From assembly GCA_031414595.1 (NCBI GenBank), contig JANNVX010000037.1:1-64000 (forward strand): a stretch of DNA of 64,000 nucleotides, in the 5' to 3' direction. Positions 18,876-29,054 of this stretch are shown here, piece by piece. This stretch comes from Deinococcales bacterium. Lineage in GTDB: Bacteria > Deinococcota > Deinococci > Deinococcales > JAAFIG01. The number at the start of each line of letters is the position of its first letter. Position 1 is the stretch's first letter. The notes beneath the pieces are model-generated. The model was not told where the DNA came from. It saw only the letters and a list, made by a program, of their open reading frames with translations, and searched no databases. Made by a program: the position numbers and the translations under genes.

Positions 18876-19793
18876 ATGGTGCGAACTCGAGTTAAACCTG
18901 GTTGGATTGTGGTGTTTTTGATGATTTTGTTATTTTGGTTTGTTGCCCAGCCTCGTCGTCCAGAATTTCAAGCGGCTTGTGCTGGTGCGCCAACTCCCAC
19001 ATTTGCCACCCCGCGAGCCTTGCCTAAAACCCTTCGTGGGGCGCGAATCATGCTTAACCCCGGACATGGAATCACCTTAACCGATAAAAAAACTTGGGGT
19101 TTTCAGCGTCCTCAAGCCAATGGAATCAGTGTTTTTGCTCTCGAGGATGATTCTAATGTGCGTCTGGCGAGGCGTATTAAAAAAGTGCTTGAGGCGGCTG
19201 GCGCTTCGGTTTTAACAACCCGTGAACTCGAGGACACCCAATTTGGTCTAAGCGGGCTACCTGTTTGGCGTGAAGCCAGTAAACATTATCTGGAACGACT
19301 GGGTGTAGATAAGGGTATTTGGGATTCTTCTGGGGTTGCTTTGCGTTCCGATTGCCGTTTGGCTAAAGATATTCGTGCCAGACCACTGTACGCCAATTTT
19401 CTTAAAGCCGATATTTTAGTCAGTATTCATAGCAATGCTGGTCAACCACTGGCTCGAGGGACACAGGTTTTTTACGCCAATCGCCATTTTTTACGAGCCA
19501 CGCAGCCACAAGTTCCTAAACAAAGTGCTTGTCTGGCAAAAGCCCTTGCGGCAGCCGTTCCCAAAGCCATTCGGCTCGAGCGTCCAGATTTGCGTTGGGG
19601 TGCGGGCAGTGTCACGGCTTCAAATCAGTACGGTGAAAATGGTTTTGCTTTAATGCCGAGTGTGATTCTCGAGGTGGCATTTCACACCAATGCCTTAGAT
19701 GGCAGAGCCTTACGCCAAGAAACCTTTCGAGCGGCTGTAGCAAGCGGAGTCAAAACCGCTTTAAGCAGTTTTCTCGAGCAACCCGAGTGTTAA
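18876..19793 (+). CDS. N-acetylmuramoyl-L-alanine amidase (Amidase_3)
   Basis: LNPGHG, E..N, VSIHSNA, PSVILEVAF; N-terminal TM. Confidence 0.9.
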   Translation: MVRTRVKPGWIVVFLMILLFWFVAQPRRPEFQAACAGAPTPTFATPRALPKTLRGARIMLNPGHGITLTDKKTWGFQRPQANGISVFALEDDSNVRLARRIKKVLEAAGASVLTTRELEDTQFGLSGLPVWREASKHYLERLGVDKGIWDSSGVALRSDCRLAKDIRARPLYANFLKADILVSIHSNAGQPLARGTQVFYANRHFLRATQPQVPKQSACLAKALAAAVPKAIRLERPDLRWGAGSVTASNQYGENGFALMPSVILEVAFHTNALDGRALRQETFRAAVASGVKTALSSFLEQPEC

Positions 19794-20524
19794 ACCTTCA
19801 AACCGACCCTACGCCTAAAACCATCCCAAATTTCGGGGATACTCGAGCCGCCACGCAGAATTACTTCGTAAGCACCAAGGTTATTTTCAAGTAAATCCTG
19901 ATGTAAGGCGTTGGCTTCCCGTTCAAGGTCATTTTGTAATAGGGCGGTCAATTGACTGGTTTTTTCGCCGACCTGAACGATTCGTGGTATGCCGAGCCGC
20001 AAATATGCCACAGGTTTGGCTTCTGTGCCGTACTCGAGCCGAATTGCCAGCGCCGAGACCATCATATCTTGTTCTTTGGCGGCAAGGTTGGCTAGGGCTG
20101 CTACCCCCGCTTCAAAAGGAATTGGGCGGATGTGCGGACTGCCAATTTCACCGCTCGGAAACATCAGCATGGCTCGAGGTGGTGTTTTTTGCAGTTCGGC
20201 AGCCGCGTAACGCAAACTTTCAAGTGCGCCACGCGGGCTGCCTCGAGTCACTCCAAACGCCCCCGCAAACCTTAAAAAATTATACTTTTCGAGGTTGTCT
20301 TCAAGCATCATCACCCGGTACTCGAGCTTCAAATGCTGCGCCAGTTGCAGCCCCAAATACCCGTCCCAAAAGGAAATATGTGTCCCATGCCAAAGTATCG
20401 GATGGGCTTTTATGGGATTGGCAAGGTTCAACAACCGCACACTCGAGAATTGACCACGCAAACTGTTCTCGATGTACCAACGCCAAAAAGGTGTGTATAA
20501 CGAATGATTCTCTGCTTTTGTCAC
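19790..20524 (-). CDS. Lysophospholipid/carotenoid-type acyltransferase (PlsC-like)
   Basis: THISFWDG (HxxxxD), GAFGV, MFPSGE; start uncertain. Confidence 0.82.
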   Translation of the reverse strand: MTKAENHSLYTPFWRWYIENSLRGQFSSVRLLNLANPIKAHPILWHGTHISFWDGYLGLQLAQHLKLEYRVMMLEDNLEKYNFLRFAGAFGVTRGSPRGALESLRYAAAELQKTPPRAMLMFPSGEIGSPHIRPIPFEAGVAALANLAAKEQDMMVSALAIRLEYGTEAKPVAYLRLGIPRIVQVGEKTSQLTALLQNDLEREANALHQDLLENNLGAYEVILRGGSSIPEIWDGFRRRVGLKV

Positions 20525-20612
20525 ATTTTTTATTCTATCCGTTTTTTGTAAATCTGACCATAGGCTAAAAGCATTTGACGTTGTAGCCACAAAATGTGCA
20601 TAATAGGGGCAG

Positions 20613-21419
20613 ATGAAGAAGACATTACTCGCATTAGCGCTCATTGCTGGCTTGCTGGGAGCGGCTTACGGCACAGTGCAGTTTATTCCCACCCCTTGGG
20701 GCGACCACGGGCTTCGGGTGGATGCTGACCCAAAGGTCAAGGGCAATAGCCTTTTTAGGATTGTCAAAGATGGTCAGACCAAACGTTCAATCTCGGCGGT
20801 GGACTTCGAGGCGTACTTGGTCGAACTGACCGGGCAAGGCAGCAGCGAATTGTGGTTGCGGGCAAAAAACGCCGGCAAGACTTGGACAGATTACTTTTTC
20901 ACGCTCGAGGGCGGCTTGCGTAACCTTGGTATCGTAGACGGTCAAGGCAGTGGGATTACCCAAATCGAGGATTTAGACAACGACGGCAAAGCCGAAATTG
21001 CGATGTTCGGCACACCATTATCTTTTTTGGTTGGTTTAGACAACACCCGTTCACCGTTTTTAACCAATGTATTAACTTGGGATGGAATTCGTTTAGCCGA
21101 TTCGACGGTTCAATACCCAAAACGGATTCGTACCACGATTTTGTTTCATTATTACGATTACTTGCGAGCCGTTGAACAAAACGATATGAGTGGTCAAAAA
21201 AGCGGTGCGCTTGGTTATTATGCCAACAGCCTACAAATCGGCGAAGGGCGGATTGCCAAGGCATGGCTAATGAACAACGTCCCCGAAAAAGAAATGCGCC
21301 GCTGGTTACTCGATAACGAATCACGGATGATCAACACCTTTTACAGTTACCCCGGCTGCCGCATTGCTGTCACCCAAACTCGGGCTTTGCCTGTGCCGTA
21401 CCCAACTTGCGCTAAGTAA
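20613..21419 (+). CDS. Hypothetical exported protein with an FG-GAP-like DLDNDGKAEI motif
   Basis: Signal peptide; 268-aa ORF. Confidence 0.75.
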   Translation: MKKTLLALALIAGLLGAAYGTVQFIPTPWGDHGLRVDADPKVKGNSLFRIVKDGQTKRSISAVDFEAYLVELTGQGSSELWLRAKNAGKTWTDYFFTLEGGLRNLGIVDGQGSGITQIEDLDNDGKAEIAMFGTPLSFLVGLDNTRSPFLTNVLTWDGIRLADSTVQYPKRIRTTILFHYYDYLRAVEQNDMSGQKSGALGYYANSLQIGEGRIAKAWLMNNVPEKEMRRWLLDNESRMINTFYSYPGCRIAVTQTRALPVPYPTCAK

Positions 21420-21426
21420 ATTACCA

Positions 21427-21464
21427 AAATAAAAACGTGGGTCTCGAGACCCACGTTTTTATTT
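21427..21464. terminator. Bidirectional terminator, a perfect palindrome centred on CTCGAG
   Basis: AAATAAAAACGTGGGTCTCGAGACCCACGTTTTTATTT between convergent genes. Confidence 0.85.
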
Positions 21465-21896
21465 CTAGGTTTGGGCTTCTCGCACTTGGCGTTTAATGCG
21501 CCGTAAGACCGCCTGTAAGCCCCGTAATCGCAAAGGCGTGATAATCTCCTCGAGCTTACCTAGACGGTAGAAATCCTCGGGTACAGCCAACACATGGGCA
21601 ACACTTTCGCCCTCGAGTCCATCGGACAGTAAACCCGCAAATGCCCGTACCGTTGGGGCTTCTTCGGGGGCATCGAACCACAGATGAACCAAGCCAGACT
21701 CGAGTTCGGCGTGAACAAAAAACGGTGTGGTGCATTCATGAACTTGCTCGAGATTGGCTTTCATCCCTTCAGGCAAGGCTGGCATTCGCTTGGCAAAATC
21801 AAGCAACAACTCAATTTTAATGTTCTTGGGTACGCTGGCAAGCATTTTTAAGGCGCTTTGTAATTTTACTGGAAGTTCTATCGGTAACTCAGACAT
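21465..21896 (-). CDS. sufE: SufE family Fe-S metabolism protein
   Basis: QVHECTTPFF, DAPEEAPTVRAFAG, ITPLRLRG. Confidence 0.88.
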   Translation of the reverse strand: MSELPIELPVKLQSALKMLASVPKNIKIELLLDFAKRMPALPEGMKANLEQVHECTTPFFVHAELESGLVHLWFDAPEEAPTVRAFAGLLSDGLEGESVAHVLAVPEDFYRLGKLEEIITPLRLRGLQAVLRRIKRQVREAQT

Positions 21897-22012
21897 ACTG
21901 TAGAGCATACATCAGCCGCCTCGGGGCAAAAGAAAGTGGAGCATCGGGTGGGAGGGACCGATGCTCCTATGTGGGAGAAATGCGCGAGGTCGCGCTTAAC
22001 AAGAAGGTAAAT

Positions 22013-22357
22013 TTAGGCTTGTGGTATCGAGCGGTTGTAGCGGCTATGAGCAAAGAAACGAATCACCAATTCGCCAGCCCTGTCGCCATCGCGTACCAAA
22101 ATTGTAGACAAGGTAAAATACTTACCGTGCAAACGCAGTAAAACTTCAGATGAGACCATGCTCGGACGACCACTGGCTTCGACCACAACCAACCCCCTAG
22201 CTTCGCCCGTTTCTTGATTAAAAGCCCATAAGCGACCTTCTAAGGCAATAAAGTTGCGTCCAAAGAAATCCAAATCTGCGCCGCGTAAATCCAGTGCATC
22301 GTCTTGTTCGATACTACCGAAAAGCGTATTTTTTTCTTCAAAGGCTGGCATCATCAT
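22013..22357 (-). CDS. Hypothetical protein
   Basis: 114-aa ORF with AGGAAG RBS and a downstream hairpin. Confidence 0.65.
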   Translation of the reverse strand: MMMPAFEEKNTLFGSIEQDDALDLRGADLDFFGRNFIALEGRLWAFNQETGEARGLVVVEASGRPSMVSSEVLLRLHGKYFTLSTILVRDGDRAGELVIRFFAHSRYNRSIPQA

Positions 22358-22427
22358 GGTTCACTTCCTATATTTGATTAAATCCGAGGGGTTTGACTTG
22401 CTGAACACCATCACTGTACAACTCGAG

Positions 22428-22446
22428 CGTCACACGACCGTCACAC
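22428..22446 (-). promoter_or_regulatory. 11-bp-period direct repeat (TGTGACG x2) upstream of a -10 box TACAGT
   Basis: CGTCACAC at 22428 and 22439. Confidence 0.5.
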
Positions 22447-22506
22447 GGGAATTGACACCCATGTGACGTTTTGATGATTTTAGAAAAATACTGTACAGAA
22501 CAGCCT

Positions 22507-23235
22507 TTATTCAAAATTAAGGGCTGCATCTAACCACAGTGCCAAGAGCATGACTGGCACTGCACCCTGTAAAACCAAAGCAAAATTCTGAGATTCTAAG
22601 CCTGCAAAAATCGGCAAACCCAAGCCTCCAGCACCAATCGCCGCGCCAATCGCTGCCGTACCGACATTAATCACCACACTGGTGCGTACCCCACCCAACA
22701 CACTTGGCAACGCCAAAGGCAGCGCTACCCGCCAAAACAACTGCGATTCGGACATGCCTAAACCAGTGGCTGCCTCGAGAACACTACTTTCGACATTTTC
22801 TAAACCAGCAATCGTCCCCGAGATAATCGGCAGCAAGCCATAGAGCGCCAACGCCAAAATGGTTGGTGCAAAACCAAAACCAAGGGCTGGATAAGCCAGT
22901 GCCAAAACCGCCACAGGAGGGAAAACCTGTGCTAAACTCGAGAGCGCCAAAACCAAAGGTAAGAATTCGCGCCAAGCCCCTCGAGTCACCAAAGCCCCTA
23001 AGCCCACACCCAGCATCCCACTAATTGCACTAGAAGTCAGCAGCAATGCCAAATGCACCAACACCAACTGCAACAATGGTGTTTCGTGCAGTACCTTGGT
23101 CTCGAGCGGATACAACGCCCGCAGCCCTGCCTCCCAGAGTGGTTGCATGGCAAACAAAGCCACTAAAGCCAAGCCAAAGAAAAACAATGCAAAGGTTTTA
23201 GAGAAAGGACGAAGAAGGGATTTTTTGCCTTTCAT
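22507..23235 (-). CDS. Osmoprotectant/quaternary amine ABC transporter permease
   Basis: EAATGLGMS EAA motif, LPLALP, IGAGGLG. Confidence 0.9.
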   Translation of the reverse strand: MKGKKSLLRPFSKTFALFFFGLALVALFAMQPLWEAGLRALYPLETKVLHETPLLQLVLVHLALLLTSSAISGMLGVGLGALVTRGAWREFLPLVLALSSLAQVFPPVAVLALAYPALGFGFAPTILALALYGLLPIISGTIAGLENVESSVLEAATGLGMSESQLFWRVALPLALPSVLGGVRTSVVINVGTAAIGAAIGAGGLGLPIFAGLESQNFALVLQGAVPVMLLALWLDAALNFE

Positions 23236-23239
23236 CTTT

Positions 23240-23986
23240 TTACCTTTCGCCCTTTGCCTTTTGCCTTTCGCCTTCTTTATCCCCCATAAAATCCCGAACA
23301 AAATCCGAAGCTGGCGACTCGAGAAACTGTACTGGTGTACCATCTTGTTCAATTCGCCCATCGCGCAGCAAGACAATTCGGTCAGCCAATTTCAGGGCTT
23401 CGGGCATGTCATGCGTCACCAAGACCACGGTTTTTTGCAAACGGCGTTGTAGCTCTAAGAATTCATTTTGTAAGCGCCGCCGTGTAAGCGGGTCAACTGC
23501 CCCAAAAGGCTCATCCATCAAGAGCATCGGTGGGTCGGCTGCCAAGGCTCGAGCCACCCCAATGCGTTGCGCTTGCCCACCAGAAAGCGACTTAGGAAAG
23601 ACCTTCTCGAGATGCGCCAAACCCACCAACTCGAGTAATTCAGCCACTCGAGCCGAAATTCTGGCTTTATCCCAATTTAGTAAATTCGGCACAACCGCCA
23701 CATTCTGCCCAACCGTCAAATGCGGCAATAAACCGACACTCTGAATCGCATAACCCATGCGTCGCCGTAACTCAAAAGGTTTTAAGGTACTCGAGTCCAG
23801 ACCGTCAATAAATATTGCCCCCGAAGACGGTTCAACTAGGCGGTTGATCATCTTTAAGGTTGTGGTTTTGCCGCAACCACTCGAGCCAATCAGCACACAC
23901 AACTGTCCGCGTGGAATCTCGAGCGATAGATTATCCACCGCCAGCGTATCGCCAAACAACTTAGAGACTTTTTCTAACTTAATCAT
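23240..23986 (-). CDS. Osmoprotectant ABC transporter ATP-binding protein
   Basis: GSSGCGKTT, LSGGQAQR, LLMDEPFGA, VTHD. Confidence 0.93.
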   Translation of the reverse strand: MIKLEKVSKLFGDTLAVDNLSLEIPRGQLCVLIGSSGCGKTTTLKMINRLVEPSSGAIFIDGLDSSTLKPFELRRRMGYAIQSVGLLPHLTVGQNVAVVPNLLNWDKARISARVAELLELVGLAHLEKVFPKSLSGGQAQRIGVARALAADPPMLLMDEPFGAVDPLTRRRLQNEFLELQRRLQKTVVLVTHDMPEALKLADRIVLLRDGRIEQDGTPVQFLESPASDFVRDFMGDKEGERQKAKGER

Positions 23987-24676
23987 TCAAACCAAAAACT
24001 CGAGTGGAGGATGGACTGAGCGCTGAATTGTAAACCGCTCGGCGTATTTGACCCCTGCTGATAAACCCCAGGCGGCTCGAGTTGCCGTAAAATCGTCACT
24101 GCTCCATGCCCACTTATAAAATTCGGCGTAGTAATCACGGATTTTAAGCGCAACATCAAAAGTGCTAGTTATATCCACATGCACCACGGGGCGGTTAGAC
24201 TCCACGCTCACATACTGATAAAACGAAACAGCCTGACGGTGCGGCTCGAGTTTGGTTTCGCGCCCTTCATTGAGGATTTTAGGAATCCGGGCAAAAGTCA
24301 GGGCATCAAAAACAATTTTAGCCGTGCTGCGGTGGTCTGGATGACGGTTAAAGTCATCCCAAGAAATCACCACGTCTGGCTTAAATTCGGCGTAAAGCCG
24401 CGCTAAAATAAGCGCCTCTTCTCGAGAACCGAGCATTTTGGAATCACCCATGTCAAAAAATTGATAACTTGCACCGATTGTGTGCGCCACAAAACGCCCA
24501 TGTGCTTCTCGAGTCTTGCGAACTTCATCGGCTGGTGCATCGCCAAACTGCGAAGCAAGTTCACCAAAAGTCGTCCAGACCAGTTTAACCGTGTCGCCTC
24601 GAGCCGCATGTTTTGCCAGTGTGCCAAGGCAGCTAATTTCATCATCGGGGTGGGCAAAGATTGCTAGGATATTCAT
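23987..24676 (-). CDS. PIG-L/LmbE family deacetylase
   Basis: AHPDDE and HPDH motifs. Confidence 0.92.
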   Translation of the reverse strand: MNILAIFAHPDDEISCLGTLAKHAARGDTVKLVWTTFGELASQFGDAPADEVRKTREAHGRFVAHTIGASYQFFDMGDSKMLGSREEALILARLYAEFKPDVVISWDDFNRHPDHRSTAKIVFDALTFARIPKILNEGRETKLEPHRQAVSFYQYVSVESNRPVVHVDITSTFDVALKIRDYYAEFYKWAWSSDDFTATRAAWGLSAGVKYAERFTIQRSVHPPLEFLV

Positions 24677-24694
24677 GGGGGTAGCATAACAAAG

Positions 24695-24730
24695 AAATAG
24701 CCCTCGAGAGAATTCTCTTGAGGGCTATTT
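24695..24730 (-). terminator. Hairpin terminator after the Ig-like lipoprotein gene
   Basis: AAATAGCCCTCGAGAG-AATT-CTCTTGAGGGCTATTT. Confidence 0.7.
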
Positions 24731-24751
24731 GATACCAACAAAAACGAATTT

Positions 24752-26779
24752 CTATGGAATCTTAGCAACGGATTCAGTGATTCCAACTGAATAGATATCA
24801 CCATTGGTCATATTTTGGAATTGAGAAGCCAGATTCCAATTACCAGAGGCGTTAAAAGAATACCTAATAGCATTTGCGGTACTCGGGGCATTAACACTCG
24901 CAAATGTAGTGTTAATCGAGAAAAAAGCGCCCGTTGGACTCGTCAATACATGCAAACCGGTATAATTATTCACACCATTAAAACCGCTTGTGTTAAAAGT
25001 GGAAGCACCTGGAGTCAGTTTATCACCAAGGTTATCTACCCGATTAGTGATGAATGGCAAAAATGGATTTGCTGTGCTAGGATCGCGGTCGATCCTGACT
25101 TTAATTTCTTGGATATTTCGGTTCTTGCCGGTATCTTCAAGAACCAACCGCATAGTGTAGTCACCGTCTGGTAAGAACGGCGTACCATTTGCGTTAAAAC
25201 TAAGTACAATCCTTGCCGAAGTGACGGGAGGAATAAAGGCTTGATATTGCTCAAGAGCATTGACGGGACCACTGTTTGCTGTACAAGAATCACAAGTCAT
25301 CCGCAATTCGGCAAAGGTAATACCTGCATTATCGCTAATATCTGCCGCTAAAAATCCACCTGCTTGACGGAAATTAGGCAAAATAGTTTGCAGTTCATTT
25401 ATACGCAAAGGTGCGATAATAATTGCTGCTGGTGGTGATTCATTGGCATTATTGTTACGAATAGTAATCTGTTCAGTCAATGTATCCACGGTGATATTTG
25501 CACCAACAAGCACCGAAACAGTTGCCTTAACAGTATAGAGGTCGTTTGGAATTGCGCTTAGATCAAATGTGCTTGTTTCAAATAGTTTTGTATCTCCAGG
25601 ATTAGTGGTTGCAACAAATTTACTTTCGACAATTGTACCTCGGTAATCAATCAAATCAACTTTGAGTGAACCACAATTGGCGGGTAAAGTTGCAGCAGCA
25701 CATTGTCCAGCATCAGCAAAAGTGAAGGTACTTGCCCGACGACGCATATTCACAGATACCGAAGTTGGACCACTCACACTGGCATTATTGTTTGGGGCAG
25801 CAATTGATAAAACTGGACCTTGAATGTTGTTGACTGTAGTTACTATGGCATTTGAAGTGGTACTCAAACCACTCTTGTCTACCGCTACTGCTTTCAACTC
25901 GAGTACACCATTTTCAAATTGCAATGTATCTAATGGGAATGAAACGCTTGGAGAACCACTTGGCGGGGTTGTTGTCGTAACAGGGTTGTTATTGGCAATT
26001 AAGGTAACTTTATCAATTCCACCAGCATCACTGGCATTAACTGTAACAATCAAATTTCCACTAACTGTTGCACCTGCGACAGGACTGGAGACACTCACAA
26101 CTGGTGGCGTACCATCGCCTGTAATTTTATTGACAGAAACCAATACAGTGTAACGGGCAACATTACCAGCTGTGTCCACAACACCAAAAGCCACACTAAA
26201 AGGAGTAGAGTCTTGGGCTAAAAGCTCGAATTGGGCAGAATTTCCAGAACTCGAGACAATTTGTTTGCCATCGCGTTCAATGAATGTGGCTAGAATATCC
26301 GAACCAGCACTGGTGACACGTAGTAATGCACTTGCCCCTAAAGTAATGGTAGTAGCAAAGGAATTGCCTGTGCTTGGGTCAAATGTTGTGCTACCAACTT
26401 GTAAGCCAGTAGCAACAGGCGGTGTGCCGTCAACAGTCACGGCTTTTGTGGTTGTACTGCTCAGATTTGAACTGTTGGTAGCTGTAGCTTGAAGATTCAC
26501 TGCACCAGCAAGTCCTGTGTAAATACAAGTTGTACGATAGCCAGTGGGGTTGGTCACTCCAGCGCATTGAACATTTGTGACTTGATTGCGGTCACTCGAG
26601 GTCAGTTCAGCCACAAAATTAGCTGGGACAAAATTGCTGCTGGCTGGAATCACAATGTTACTGACAGCATTGCGAAAACTAACAAACGAAATGCTTGGTG
26701 CGGCGGCTGGTATGGGCGGAGCTTGACAAGCCACAATTGCGGCTAAGCCAAGTACGGATAAAATGAGGGTTGGCTTCAT
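24752..26779 (-). CDS. Lipoprotein with multiple bacterial Ig-like domains
   Basis: Lipobox IVAC; DGTPPVVSVSSP..ASDAGGIDKV..AVAVDKSGL Ig-like pattern. Confidence 0.85.
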   Translation of the reverse strand: MKPTLILSVLGLAAIVACQAPPIPAAAPSISFVSFRNAVSNIVIPASSNFVPANFVAELTSSDRNQVTNVQCAGVTNPTGYRTTCIYTGLAGAVNLQATATNSSNLSSTTTKAVTVDGTPPVATGLQVGSTTFDPSTGNSFATTITLGASALLRVTSAGSDILATFIERDGKQIVSSSGNSAQFELLAQDSTPFSVAFGVVDTAGNVARYTVLVSVNKITGDGTPPVVSVSSPVAGATVSGNLIVTVNASDAGGIDKVTLIANNNPVTTTTPPSGSPSVSFPLDTLQFENGVLELKAVAVDKSGLSTTSNAIVTTVNNIQGPVLSIAAPNNNASVSGPTSVSVNMRRRASTFTFADAGQCAAATLPANCGSLKVDLIDYRGTIVESKFVATTNPGDTKLFETSTFDLSAIPNDLYTVKATVSVLVGANITVDTLTEQITIRNNNANESPPAAIIIAPLRINELQTILPNFRQAGGFLAADISDNAGITFAELRMTCDSCTANSGPVNALEQYQAFIPPVTSARIVLSFNANGTPFLPDGDYTMRLVLEDTGKNRNIQEIKVRIDRDPSTANPFLPFITNRVDNLGDKLTPGASTFNTSGFNGVNNYTGLHVLTSPTGAFFSINTTFASVNAPSTANAIRYSFNASGNWNLASQFQNMTNGDIYSVGITESVAKIP

Positions 26780-26787
26780 AGTTCTCC

Positions 26788-27345
26788 TTAGTTAATGCTG
26801 CATTTGCCACAAACGATGGCTTGGACTTCTTCCCAACTAAAAGCAACGCCGTTGGTATTCGTACCAAAGAAAGTAATTCGGGCGCGCCAGCCACTTGGGA
26901 TGACACCTCGGTTGGCAGCAGTTCGTAAAAACAGCAAAGAGGCTTCTTGGGAAAGTAAATTGGCAGTGGCTTTATCAGAAACTTTTCCCAATTCAAATTT
27001 GCAAACGCCAGTGGTCGCATCACAAGTTTTGCCTGGGGCTACACTCTGGTTAAGCGTTTGGGCAACCGCAGTTGCGCCAATATTATTGCCACTTTGATCC
27101 TCAAATTTGGCTTCAAAGCCCGTGATTACTGCGCCCATCGAACCAGAAGCAGCTTGGAAGGTGATGGTTTGGGCGATACTTGTGATTGAGTATGCACCTG
27201 TTGCCCTTGTGACCGAACCTTCAAAATCGAGGGTTGAGATTTGTGCCTTAATCGCTGCGATGGGCAAGAAACCGATTTGCCAAGTTGAACACCCTGCCAT
27301 TGCTACGGCGGTTGTTGCCAATAATGCTAGAAACTTTGCTTTCAT
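26788..27345 (-). CDS. Hypothetical lipoprotein
   Basis: Lipobox MAGC; start overlaps the rex stop. Confidence 0.8.
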   Translation of the reverse strand: MKAKFLALLATTAVAMAGCSTWQIGFLPIAAIKAQISTLDFEGSVTRATGAYSITSIAQTITFQAASGSMGAVITGFEAKFEDQSGNNIGATAVAQTLNQSVAPGKTCDATTGVCKFELGKVSDKATANLLSQEASLLFLRTAANRGVIPSGWRARITFFGTNTNGVAFSWEEVQAIVCGKCSIN

Positions 27346-28016
27346 TCTTCGTCCTCCTTGAGGGCTTTGAGGTGCGGGTTTAGGATGTAAAATGCCAATC
27401 GCTTCATTCCTGCCATAAAATCCACTTGCTCGACGGCTATTTCTTCGGAAACCTCGAGTACAGTCGGTGCGAAATTGAGAATACCACGAACTCCGGCTTT
27501 GGTGAGCGCATCGGCAGCATCTTGGGCTTTTTCGACTGGTACGGTGATGAATGCCATGTCTACATTGTGCGTTTTAACGCAGTTCTCGAGGTCATTGATA
27601 TGCTGTACAGTAATACCACGTAATTGCATCCCCACCTTGTGGGGGTCTATGTCAAATAATCCTTTTAGCTCGAATTCATACAGGTTTGACTCCATGTATC
27701 CAGGGTAATCCGCGAGGGCTTGTCCTAACCTTCCCATACCAATAATCACGCAATTCCAACGCCGATTTAAGCCTAAAATACGTTGTAATTCTCGGCGTAG
27801 GGTCAGTACCGTGTATCCCATACCTCTTGTGCCGAAACGTCCAAAGTAAGCAAGGTCTTTGCGGACTTGAAAAGCCGAGACTTGGGCTTGTTCGGCAAGT
27901 AACTCGCTCGAGGTGCGGTTTGTGCCTTCTCGTTCTAAAGTGGTGAGGATACGCAAGTAAATCACCAATCTCGAGATGGTGGCATTGGGGATGCTTAGGT
28001 GGGGTTTTTGGCTCAT
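27342..28016 (-). CDS. rex: Redox-sensing transcriptional repressor Rex
   Basis: IPNATISRL, QVRKDLAYFGRFGTRGMGY, GMGRLG, ILNFAP. Confidence 0.97.
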   Translation of the reverse strand: MSQKPHLSIPNATISRLVIYLRILTTLEREGTNRTSSELLAEQAQVSAFQVRKDLAYFGRFGTRGMGYTVLTLRRELQRILGLNRRWNCVIIGMGRLGQALADYPGYMESNLYEFELKGLFDIDPHKVGMQLRGITVQHINDLENCVKTHNVDMAFITVPVEKAQDAADALTKAGVRGILNFAPTVLEVSEEIAVEQVDFMAGMKRLAFYILNPHLKALKEDEE

Positions 28017-29044
28017 AAGTTGACTTGAAAGGCTTCAAAGCCTTGGGTCTTGAGGTCTGAGCGAATAGTTTCGATTTGGTTAGTTTGAATTGGTCCAACC
28101 AAAACACGAAGTAAACCACTGATACTTTTTGTAAAAGGTGCAAAACCAGCATTTTTGAGCTTGATTAGTAAAGCCGTTGCCCCTTTACTGTCTTTGAACG
28201 CACCAACTTGTAAGTACGCCGAATCGAGGGTGGCTGGTTGCCCATTTCCCCCACCTTGCGGTGTGGTGACAGGTTTAGGCGTGGTACTGACTCGAGCCGA
28301 GGCTTCTTTTGTTCCATCTGGACGGTATAAAATGGCATCTGGGAAAACCTGTTTGACTTTGGCAAAAGCAGTTCTAGCCGAGGCTTCTCGAGCATACGGT
28401 CCGACCACAACCACATGGGTGTTGCCACTGGGAAAGGTCTGGGCTGGTAATCCGCGTGACCTGAGTTGGGCAACTGCTTTTTTGGCACGTTCAAGGTTGG
28501 TATATGAACCTGCGGCGACACGGTAATTGCGTAAGAAATCGGCTCGAGCATATGTGCCAGTGGTTTTAAGTGGTGTGCTGACAGGTGTGGCAACTTTGCC
28601 AGAAGTGCTGGGTTGCACGGCTGGGCGGCTTGGGGGTGTGCTAGTTGCGATTGAACTTGCAGCACTCGAAGTACCCGAACTTGTAGCTGTTGTTGTATTG
28701 GTGACTGGTTTTGTGACAACTGCGCTGACTGGTGCTTCTGGAATTTCTGGTACACCCAAGGGCGTAGTAGTGCGTGGCATGGTAGGTGTAATGACTGGTT
28801 TCTGCGTTGGTTTGGTGGTTACTGGTTGGCTCGAGGGCGTTGGTGCTGGCTGACTCAAGGGTGTTGGTTTAGGTGTTGTTGGCGCAGAAACAGTGGTTAC
28901 AGTGTTGGTTGTGGCAGCCGTATTGGCATCTGTATTGGGCTTAAAAACCCCACCACGCAGTAACAGAGTTAAAAATCCACCAACCACAGCAAGGATTAAC
29001 CCTGCCATTAGGACATCCACCCAGTTACGTCTTAGCCAATCCAT
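28013..29044 (-). CDS. SPOR-domain protein (TM, Pro/Thr linker, two SPOR domains)
   Basis: RVAAGSY..VVVGPY and LQVGAF..RVLVGP. Confidence 0.88.
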   Translation of the reverse strand: MDWLRRNWVDVLMAGLILAVVGGFLTLLLRGGVFKPNTDANTAATTNTVTTVSAPTTPKPTPLSQPAPTPSSQPVTTKPTQKPVITPTMPRTTTPLGVPEIPEAPVSAVVTKPVTNTTTATSSGTSSAASSIATSTPPSRPAVQPSTSGKVATPVSTPLKTTGTYARADFLRNYRVAAGSYTNLERAKKAVAQLRSRGLPAQTFPSGNTHVVVVGPYAREASARTAFAKVKQVFPDAILYRPDGTKEASARVSTTPKPVTTPQGGGNGQPATLDSAYLQVGAFKDSKGATALLIKLKNAGFAPFTKSISGLLRVLVGPIQTNQIETIRSDLKTQGFEAFQVNL

Positions 29045-29054
29045 GTTTGCCCCA

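Noticed and set aside
19984-20568. 194-aa plus-strand ORF and other long overlapping alternative ORFs
   Set aside because: Shadows of better-supported genes, with no motifs
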